From an uncultured Flavobacteriaceae bacterium (lineage in GTDB: Bacteria; Bacteroidota; Bacteroidia; Flavobacteriales; Flavobacteriaceae), in contig CAZXDP010000009.1 in NCBI GenBank assembly GCA_964639255.1, forward strand, positions 788 to 64,787: 64,000 nucleotides of DNA, in the 5' to 3' direction. Of this stretch, positions 55,424 through 64,000 are shown piece after piece. The notes under the pieces were generated by a model. That model was not told where the DNA came from. It saw only the letters and a program-made list of their open reading frames with translations, and did no database searches. Numbering within the stretch: position 1 is the stretch's first letter; every line of letters starts with the position of its first letter. The position numbers and the translations under genes were made by a program.

Positions 55424-57115
55424 TTAATCAATGAAACCGGCTGGATTGTTGTCCCAAAAAACCTGAGTGGTAGTTGGCTTGAATTCCAGATTTGGATTCA
55501 ACGAGACCCAGTCAACTGGGTAAGGTATCGATCGTGGGAAAGGCTCTTTGCCAAAAACGGGCGCTTGTAGGTCGGGCATTCCTGTTCGGCGATATAGATT
55601 GTAGATTTCAATACCATTTCCAAAAGCGGCCAGGAAATATTCTCGCGCTACGACAGCAAGCTTTTCCTGGGCGCCAGCGTCATTAAATTCGGCCAGTACT
55701 CTAGCCACATAGGCGTCAACATCGGCTTGTGACGCCTCCAAATTTATTCCAGAATTGGGACTAACGGTGTTAAGCCCATCTGAAAATCCCAGGACCTTCT
55801 GCATACTTTGACGTATGGCAGTTTCTAAGTATTCATTCGGGCTACCTGGTGTGCCCAAGGTCAAAGATGCCTCGGCTAGCATAAAATGGGTGAAGGAACT
55901 CAATGCAATTGGGAGAATTCCCCCTCCAGAGAGCGTGTTGTCGCTCATTCGTGCCTGTTCAAAGGCATCGTTGTCAAATGCGCCGCCAATGGGATACACT
56001 CCTAATGTTGATCGCCTTGTCCCGTCGTTTGGCAAACCCTCATCGTCAGCGTGATCGCGGCCCCAGTATAGATTTCCAACATAGCAATAATCGTAGACGG
56101 GATCGCCCGCGCACGGTAAATTACTGCCAGATGGAGGGTTTTCCGTTTGCCTGTAGGTATAATATCTTAATCTAGGATCGGCGATGCCCTCTTCGATAAA
56201 TGGCGGATTGGCGTCTCCTGCATTAAGATAGTCCAGCATATTGTTGCTTAGGTAGAAAGTTGCGCCACCGCCTGAATAATTTAGGTAGTACCATAGGTGC
56301 TCATCTAAAGGAAAAGGGCCAAAGTCGTATTTATAATAAAAATCTTCGTTAGGCTGGTCTATAAGGTCTTCATTTAACAAACGGGTAATCCCAGCTGTCG
56401 CCCTCGCTGGATCCACAAGACGTAAGTTTAAGAATGCTTTTAGCTGAAGCGTATTGGCAAATGCTATCCACTCTTGTTTGTTGAAATTTTTACTATTGTA
56501 AATTTGAAGGGGAATTTCAGCAGAGCTCTTCTCAAAATTGATCTTGGCAGAATCTAAGGCAGCGATTTGTGCATCGTAAATGAAACTGCCGTCGTCCAGC
56601 CCTGCCGAATATGAACTGTTCACATCGGTAGCTTCGGTATAGGGAATATCTCCGTGGAAATCTACCGCCGTCATAAATTGATACGCCTGCATCACCTGTG
56701 CGGTGCCTCTATAATAAGGGATGTCGTAAATATCGGTAGAATCGAACCGACGAATATAATCCAAATTCTGCTTAGATTGATACAAGGTGTGCCACGAATT
56801 GCTGCCAGAAAAAGGCACATTGTTCGTATACGTGCTAAACATAGCAAGGTGTCTCACAAATCGTGTGCTTACCAAATTATAGTGGTTATAATAGTCTATT
56901 GTTCTGTCTAAAATATATTTTAGATAGATATCGGGATCTCCCGGGGGCAGGCCATTCGCCCCTAAGGCGCCATCGCCACCACCATTATTGGGAGTGTCTG
57001 CGATAGGATCATCAGGAACAGGATCGCCCATATCATCGGTCTCACTGCAACTGGCAGAGAAAAGTACCATTAAAATAAAGGCCAAAAAGACGTTTGGGGT
57101 GAGTGTATTTTTCAT
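55424..57115 (-). CDS. SusD/RagB-family outer-membrane lipoprotein
   Basis: Lipoprotein signal ...VLFSASC. ...AYQFMTAVDFHGDIPYTEA... matches the SusD-family xFGD(V/I)PY block. The alpha-helical TPR-like composition, 563 aa length and C-terminal ...VFWDNNPAGFID also fit. Confidence 0.7.
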   Translation of the reverse strand: MKNTLTPNVFLAFILMVLFSASCSETDDMGDPVPDDPIADTPNNGGGDGALGANGLPPGDPDIYLKYILDRTIDYYNHYNLVSTRFVRHLAMFSTYTNNVPFSGSNSWHTLYQSKQNLDYIRRFDSTDIYDIPYYRGTAQVMQAYQFMTAVDFHGDIPYTEATDVNSSYSAGLDDGSFIYDAQIAALDSAKINFEKSSAEIPLQIYNSKNFNKQEWIAFANTLQLKAFLNLRLVDPARATAGITRLLNEDLIDQPNEDFYYKYDFGPFPLDEHLWYYLNYSGGGATFYLSNNMLDYLNAGDANPPFIEEGIADPRLRYYTYRQTENPPSGSNLPCAGDPVYDYCYVGNLYWGRDHADDEGLPNDGTRRSTLGVYPIGGAFDNDAFEQARMSDNTLSGGGILPIALSSFTHFMLAEASLTLGTPGSPNEYLETAIRQSMQKVLGFSDGLNTVSPNSGINLEASQADVDAYVARVLAEFNDAGAQEKLAVVAREYFLAAFGNGIEIYNLYRRTGMPDLQAPVFGKEPFPRSIPYPVDWVSLNPNLEFKPTTTQVFWDNNPAGFID

Positions 57116-57216
57116 GTAAAAATCATTATAAGGCGTAAATCTAAAAAAAATATTGAATTTCGGAATTAAAGAAGACCGTTCGAATCAACAATTTTTCCTT
57201 TCTGCCAAATTCGTTC

Positions 57217-58895
<1,679 letters not shown>

Positions 58896-59000
58896 CAGAC
58901 AATTTGTCGCAACGGTTCTTTGGGAGAAGTTGTTGCTATAAATAGAAAAACCTAGCACAATACGAATAATGTAAACACCGCATTAAGAGCGGTTTATTTT

Positions 59001-60878
59001 ATGGAAGAAAAGAAATTTGATGTTAATTCCCTCATAGGATTTGTACTCATTGGCGCCATCTTGGTGTGGATGCTTTACATGCAAAAACCATCGAAAGACG
59101 AGGTACAGGCAGAATCCCAAACCACCGAATCGGTCGCTTCCGAAACTTCGAACGCCGTACCCGCCAGTGACACGGTACCGCTTCAAGAAGGCATAGACAG
59201 TTTTTCCACATCTCAAGATTCCTTGGCCATGGAAAAGCTGCGCACCCAATTGGGCTCGTTTGCCTATTCCGCATCCATGCCTTCGGCTACAGATCAGGTT
59301 ACCGTCCTCGAAAACGAGGTGTTGTATCTTGAAATTAACAACAAGGGAGGGTATATTGAAGAAGCCCGTTTAAAGCAACATAACACCTTCGATGGCCATC
59401 CTGTATATTTAATTGAAGACGGCAATGCTTCCTTTAACCTACAGTTCTCTTCAGAAAACCGACAGCTCAATTCAGAGAACTTATATTTTGAGCCAAGCTT
59501 TTCGGAAAGCGGAGATACCCAAGTGCTTTCCATGAAGCTGAAAACATCAGAAAACGCTTACATAGAGTATCGTTATGAATTGCCACCGAATGAATACATG
59601 CTCGATTTTAGCATTCGCTCGCAAGGGGTGGAAGGTGTCGTCGATATGTCACAGCCCATCTATCTCGACTGGCAACTTAAGGGATATCGCCACGCAAAGA
59701 GCATTACCTACGAGAACAGGTATTCTAGATTGACCTACGAATATGAGGATGACAACTACGATAAGCTGTCGCCTACCGGGGAGGATAGTGAAATTGAAAA
59801 AGACGTCGATTGGATGAACTTTAGGCAGCATTTCTTCAGCTCCATGCTCCTAACCGACACCCCATTTAAGGAAGTGGCCTTCAAATCGGTCGATTTGGTA
59901 GAAGATGAAGAGGTAGACACGCTTTATACCAAACAATACGGTGCCAAAATGCTGCTCGAACCCAAGGCCGGTTCGCTGGCCTATGATATGAATATGTACT
60001 ATGGTCCAACCGATTATCAAATTTTCAAGCAGTACGATCGCAACCTTGATGAGGCTATGCCGCTCGGGTGGGGAATCTTCGGGACGATCAACAAATATAT
60101 CATCATCCCGCTCTTCGGATTCTTAAGTGGTTTCTTGCCAGCAGGAATTGCCATTATCTTTATGACAGTGCTGGTAAAGTTGGTGCTCTCGCCCGTACAG
60201 TACAAACAATACCTTTCGCAGGCCAAGATGAAAATCTTGAAGCCCGAAATTGATGAAATTCGCGAAAAGTACGAGGGCAATCAGATGAAGATCCAGCAGG
60301 AAACCATGAAATTGCAAAGCATTGCCGGTGCCAGTCCGTTAAAAGGTTGCTTGCCTGCCCTGTTGCAAATTCCAGTTTTCTACGCCCTGTTTACCTTTTT
60401 CCCTACCGCCTTCGATTTAAGGCAGAAGAGCTTTCTATGGGCCGAAGACCTCTCCAGCTATGATACCATTGCAGAGCTTCCATTTCACATACCGTTTTAC
60501 GGTGACCACGTGAGCTTGTTCCCCATTTTGGCGTCGATTGCCATTTTTGCTTATATGATGATGACCATGGGGCAGAGCATGCAGGCGCAGCAGCAGCCAG
60601 GAATGCCCAACATGAAATTTTTAATGTACCTCTCGCCACTCTTTATGTTGGTGTTCTTCAACAACTACGCCAGCGGGTTGTCCCTGTATTATCTTACCTC
60701 CAACTTAATTACCATAGGCATTATGTTGGTGATAAAGAATTTTATATTGGACGAGGATAAGATACACGCGAAAATTCAAGAGAACAAGAAAAAGCCCAAA
60801 AAGCAAAACCGTTTCCAGCGGAAAATGGCCGAAATGATGGAGCAGGCAGAACAACAGAAAAAGGCTGGAAAAAGATAA
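59001..60878 (+). CDS. yidC: Membrane protein insertase YidC
   Basis: A long periplasmic P1 domain after TM1. The C-terminal 60-kDa IMP core reads ...GWGIFGTINKYIIIPLF...LVKLVLSPVQYKQYLSQAKMKILKPEI.... The C-terminal tail is basic. Confidence 0.9.
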   Translation: MEEKKFDVNSLIGFVLIGAILVWMLYMQKPSKDEVQAESQTTESVASETSNAVPASDTVPLQEGIDSFSTSQDSLAMEKLRTQLGSFAYSASMPSATDQVTVLENEVLYLEINNKGGYIEEARLKQHNTFDGHPVYLIEDGNASFNLQFSSENRQLNSENLYFEPSFSESGDTQVLSMKLKTSENAYIEYRYELPPNEYMLDFSIRSQGVEGVVDMSQPIYLDWQLKGYRHAKSITYENRYSRLTYEYEDDNYDKLSPTGEDSEIEKDVDWMNFRQHFFSSMLLTDTPFKEVAFKSVDLVEDEEVDTLYTKQYGAKMLLEPKAGSLAYDMNMYYGPTDYQIFKQYDRNLDEAMPLGWGIFGTINKYIIIPLFGFLSGFLPAGIAIIFMTVLVKLVLSPVQYKQYLSQAKMKILKPEIDEIREKYEGNQMKIQQETMKLQSIAGASPLKGCLPALLQIPVFYALFTFFPTAFDLRQKSFLWAEDLSSYDTIAELPFHIPFYGDHVSLFPILASIAIFAYMMMTMGQSMQAQQQPGMPNMKFLMYLSPLFMLVFFNNYASGLSLYYLTSNLITIGIMLVIKNFILDEDKIHAKIQENKKKPKKQNRFQRKMAEMMEQAEQQKKAGKR

Positions 60879-60957
60879 TGCTGTAATTTCATTTTTTTTT
60901 GAAATTTTCGCTTTGCCCGAACGTTAAGGGATTGTAGAAGTAAAATTCTGAATACTT

Positions 60958-61632
60958 ATGAAGTATACCCTAATCCTTTCTTTGTTACTCGGTGTTCTAG
61001 CCCATTCGCAGGAGGGCAGCAACGGGTACGATGCCCAAGGCAAACGGCATGGCATATGGGAGAAAAGGTATCCCGGAACCCAACAGCTTCGGTACAAAGG
61101 AGCATTTGAGCACGGTAAGGAAGTGGGGACCTTTCGCTTTTATTGTGAAACCTGCGTAGACCAGCCCAGTACGGTGATGGAATACCAACCTGACGGTTCG
61201 GCCAATGTATCTTATTTCACCACAGAGGGGCACCTTGTTAGCACCGGTTCCATGCGTGACAAAAAGCGCCAGGGAGAGTGGCTATACTACCACGAAGGTT
61301 CGAATAGTATAATGATGCGTGAGCATTACGAAGATGATGTACTACATGGCATAAAAGAAACCTACTATCCTAGTGGCCAAATCACCGAAACCCAATACTT
61401 CCAAAATGGTGTGGCCAATGGTGAAAACCGCTATTATTCGCCAGTGGGCATCCTCATCAAGAAATTGATGTATGTCGATGGAAAGCTGCACGGCTCGGCC
61501 GAATATTACGATGCCTCTGGAACCCTCAGCATTTCAGGTACTTATAAAAATGGACAAAAGCACGGACTTTGGAAATATTTTGAAGAAGGTGTACTTAGCA
61601 GGGAGGAAACGTTTCCAAAAAAATTCAAGTAG
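60958..61632 (+). CDS. MORN-repeat (YwqK-like) secreted protein
   Basis: Signal peptide. Repeated G-x-W-x2-(Y/F)Y-x-(S/N/E)G ... G-x2-(H/N)G units, for example GEWLYYHEGS, HGIKETYYPSGQ, NGENRYYSPVG, HGSAEYYDASG, HGLWKYFEEG. Confidence 0.65.
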   Translation: MKYTLILSLLLGVLAHSQEGSNGYDAQGKRHGIWEKRYPGTQQLRYKGAFEHGKEVGTFRFYCETCVDQPSTVMEYQPDGSANVSYFTTEGHLVSTGSMRDKKRQGEWLYYHEGSNSIMMREHYEDDVLHGIKETYYPSGQITETQYFQNGVANGENRYYSPVGILIKKLMYVDGKLHGSAEYYDASGTLSISGTYKNGQKHGLWKYFEEGVLSREETFPKKFK

Positions 61633-61714
61633 CAGTTTCGCGAACTTTTTCGTCACTAGAAAAAGCGTCTAGTGCGCCGGCTGGGCATCGCTGCCTAAAA
61701 CCAGTCTAATTGCG

Positions 61715-61722
61715 TACCTTTG
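61715..61722 (+). promoter_or_regulatory. Candidate -7 promoter box (TACCTTTG) for mnmA
   Basis: Matches TAnnTTTG and ends 16 nt before the ATG at 61739. No clear -33 element. Confidence 0.3.
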
Positions 61723-61738
61723 CAAAAAATTGAATCTG

Positions 61739-62926
61739 ATGAAACGAGTGGTTGTGGGTCTTAGCGGTGGCGTAGATTCCAGCGTGGCAGCTTGGTTGCT
61801 GAAAGAGCAGGGCTATGAGGTCATTGGGCTGTTTATGAAGAATTGGCACGACGACAGCGTAACCATCTCCGACGAATGCCCTTGGTTGGAAGATAGCAAC
61901 GACGCTATGCTGGTGGCTCAAAAATTGGGCATCCCTTTTCAAACGGTCGACTTGAGCGAGCAGTATAAAGAACGTATTGTAGATTATATGTTCAAGGAGT
62001 ACGAACGTGGTCGCACCCCCAATCCAGATGTGCTTTGTAACCGCGAGATAAAATTCGATGTATTTATGGATATTGCCCTTAGCTTGGGTGCCGACTATGT
62101 CGCGACAGGGCACTACTGCCGTAAGGACAGTATTGAAAAGGAGGGAACCACCGTGTACCGCTTGTTGGCGGGTAAGGATCCCAACAAAGACCAATCGTAC
62201 TTCCTTTGTCAATTATCGCAAGAGCAATTGGCCAAAACCTTGTTCCCCGTGGGGGAACTGCTCAAGCCAGAAGTACGGAAAATTGCCGCCGAACAGCATT
62301 TAGTTACGGCCGAAAAACGGGATTCCCAAGGGCTATGTTTCATCGGCAAGGTGCGACTGCCCGAATTTTTACAGCAACAATTGGCTCCTAAGGAAGGGAT
62401 AATTGTAGAGGTACCGTCTGAGTTTGAAGGGTATAAAAACGAGGTTTCCGCGTTTGCTTCAGAAGAGGAAAGGCTGCAGCACCTATCGCGCAAGACTACC
62501 TATTCCATCGCAGATGGTAAGCAGGTGGGAATGCATCAAGGCGCACATTACTTTACCAAGGGTCAAAGAAAGGGACTTGCCGTTGGTGGCACAAAAGATC
62601 CTTTGTTCGTTATTGAAACCGATGTTTCCCAGAATATCATCTATACCGGTCAAGGAAAGGACCATCCTGGGCTATTTAGGCGCGGTTTGTATGTTCAGGG
62701 AAATGAGGTGCACTGGGTACGGGAAGATCTTCGCCTTGGTGAGGACGAAACGAAGGAGGTTATGGCCCGTATTCGCTACAGACAACCGTTGGAGAAGGCA
62801 ACACTGCACCAAACGGCTATGGGACTTTATGTTATCTTTGAAAATCCGCAAACCGCTATCGCCGAAGGCCAATTTGTAGCTTGGTACGATGGCGAGGAGC
62901 TGTTGGGCAGCGGCGTTATTTCATAA
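61739..62926 (+). CDS. mnmA: tRNA 2-thiouridine(34) synthase
   Basis: [21 protein letters not shown] (PP-loop), ...[14 protein letters not shown]..., ...DQSYFL.... The ATG at 61739 is preferred over the TTG at 61730. Confidence 0.95.
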   Translation: MKRVVVGLSGGVDSSVAAWLLKEQGYEVIGLFMKNWHDDSVTISDECPWLEDSNDAMLVAQKLGIPFQTVDLSEQYKERIVDYMFKEYERGRTPNPDVLCNREIKFDVFMDIALSLGADYVATGHYCRKDSIEKEGTTVYRLLAGKDPNKDQSYFLCQLSQEQLAKTLFPVGELLKPEVRKIAAEQHLVTAEKRDSQGLCFIGKVRLPEFLQQQLAPKEGIIVEVPSEFEGYKNEVSAFASEEERLQHLSRKTTYSIADGKQVGMHQGAHYFTKGQRKGLAVGGTKDPLFVIETDVSQNIIYTGQGKDHPGLFRRGLYVQGNEVHWVREDLRLGEDETKEVMARIRYRQPLEKATLHQTAMGLYVIFENPQTAIAEGQFVAWYDGEELLGSGVIS

Positions 62927-62990
62927 GAACACAATATCTTTTTGAACACCATTAAAAGAAAAAAAACCACCCCCTAAAAATAGTCACACC

Positions 62991-63932
62991 GTGCCAAATA
63001 GAATTACGCAACTTTTCAATATTCAGTATCCCCTCATCCAAGCAGGAATGATCTGGAACAGTGGCTGGCGACTTGCCAGCGCCGTGAGCAACGCCGGTGG
63101 TTTAGGCCTGCTGGGCGCTGGCTCTATGTATCCAGAAGTGCTTCGGGAACATATACAAAAATGCCAAAAGGCCACTTCAAAGCCTTTTGGTGTAAATGTG
63201 CCGATGCTCTATCCAGATATCGATACCATTATTGATCTAATAATCGAAGAAGGGGTTAAAATCGTATTCACCTCTGCGGGAAATCCAAAAACCTATACCG
63301 GAAAGTTAAAAGAAGCGGGCATTACTGTAGTGCACGTGGTAAGCAGCGTTAAATTTGCCACGAAAGCCCAAGAAGCGGGCGTAGATGCAATCGTTGCCGA
63401 AGGATTTGAAGCCGGGGGCCATAACGGCCGCGATGAAACCACGACGTTTACGCTCATACCTATGGTTCGCGAAAAAATTGACATTCCACTTATTGCAGCG
63501 GGAGGCATTGCCACAGGCAGAGGCATGCTCGCGGCAATGGTATTGGGCGCCGATGGCGTACAGGTGGGAAGCCGGTTTGTAGCTTCCAACGAGGCTAGTT
63601 CCCATCGTGCATTCAAACAAATGGTCGTAGATGCAAAAGAGGGGGACACTATGCTTACCCTTAAGGAACTCGCACCAGTGCGCCTGTTGAAAAATAAGTT
63701 CTTTGAGGATGTGATGGATCTATACACAAAAAGCCCGTCGAAGGAGGATCTGCAAAAGCTTTTGGGCCGCGCCCGCGCCAAAAAAGGGATGTTCGAGGGC
63801 GATTTGGACGAGGGCGAATTGGAAATTGGTCAGATCGCCGGGCTCATTCACGATATTAAACCGGCGGCTACGATCGTTTCAGATATGATTTCAGAATATG
63901 AGAACGCCAAGAAAGAGATTGCCAACCTTTAA
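62991..63932 (+). CDS. Nitronate monooxygenase / FabK-like NAD(P)H-dependent flavin oxidoreductase
   Basis: ...YPLIQAGMIWNSGWRLASAVSNAGGLGLLGAG...EGFEAGGH...IAAGGIATGRGMLAAMVLGADGVQVGSRF.... GTG start. Confidence 0.85.
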   Translation: MPNRITQLFNIQYPLIQAGMIWNSGWRLASAVSNAGGLGLLGAGSMYPEVLREHIQKCQKATSKPFGVNVPMLYPDIDTIIDLIIEEGVKIVFTSAGNPKTYTGKLKEAGITVVHVVSSVKFATKAQEAGVDAIVAEGFEAGGHNGRDETTTFTLIPMVREKIDIPLIAAGGIATGRGMLAAMVLGADGVQVGSRFVASNEASSHRAFKQMVVDAKEGDTMLTLKELAPVRLLKNKFFEDVMDLYTKSPSKEDLQKLLGRARAKKGMFEGDLDEGELEIGQIAGLIHDIKPAATIVSDMISEYENAKKEIANL

Positions 63933-63959
63933 CAAAACATAAAACGAAAAACTGATATT

Positions 63960-64000
63960 ATGGATAACGGATTGTATGCAAAAATTACTACGGAAAAGGG
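63960..64000 (+). CDS. 5' end of a probable cyclophilin-type peptidyl-prolyl isomerase (truncated by window)
   Basis: Only MDNGLYAKITTEKG is visible. It resembles the N-termini of flavobacterial PPIases (..G(I/L)YAK.NT.KG..). The evidence is very thin. Confidence 0.3.
   Translation, partial: MDNGLYAKITTEK

Noticed and set aside
60958-61632. YwqK-type 'antitoxin', which might imply a toxin-antitoxin or polymorphic-toxin module
   Set aside because: It has a signal peptide and consists only of MORN-like repeats. No toxin-like or Rhs/LXG-type gene is adjacent; the neighbours are yidC and mnmA.
61706-62212. 168-aa ORF antisense to the 5' part of mnmA
   Set aside because: The sense strand encodes an unmistakable MnmA (PP-loop SGGVDSS). 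The antisense product has no features.

Overview
This is a 64-kb chromosomal window that looks like a Bacteroidota, Flavobacteriaceae-type genome. The evidence is T9SS/gliding-type C-terminal domains, PorP/SprF and PorV-like barrels, a SusD-like lipoprotein, TAnnTTTG -7 promoter boxes, and pyrG-yidC and kpsF-tatC-lptB neighbourhoods. Gene calls come from reading the supplied translations by eye, with no database search, so family names are motif-level recognitions.

Layout:
(1) 1-18.8 kb, + strand: a surface-polysaccharide locus. It holds a neuB/neuC/neuA-type nonulosonic-acid module, an AsnB-like amidotransferase, about 8 glycosyltransferases, an MBOAT plus SGNH-like O-acylation pair, a Wzy-like polymerase and an initiating phosphoglycosyl transferase. 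Two intergenic gaps in it carry one shared palindromic repeat family.
(2) 18.8-38 kb: mostly housekeeping genes (pssA, lptB, tatC, kpsF, recQ, lysA, sucC, rluF-like, GH3-family, uvrB), plus an AT-rich stretch of about 0.7 kb with no long ORF.
(3) 38.2-57.1 kb, all on the - strand: a SprB-like gliding/T9SS adhesin block. It contains a 3227-aa repeat adhesin, a second type-B-CTD protein, two PorP/SprF-like genes, a beta-helix-like secreted protein, a small secreted protein and a SusD-like gene with no SusC partner.
(4) 57.2-64 kb: housekeeping genes (pyrG, yidC, MORN/YwqK-like, mnmA, nitronate monooxygenase-like, start of a probable PPIase).

I could not recognise any rRNA, tRNA, CRISPR array, transposase, integrase or known defence gene.

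The best candidate for something undescribed is the 877-aa protein at 48971-51604. It has a PorP/SprF-like outer-membrane barrel joined through a long tandem-repeat coiled coil to a SPOR-like, putatively peptidoglycan-binding domain. It sits between two type-B-CTD cargo genes. Secondary candidates are the repeat-flanked, compositionally mosaic glycosyltransferase/O-acylation cassette, and a promoter-plus-terminator-bounded stretch with no long ORF that could be an sRNA.
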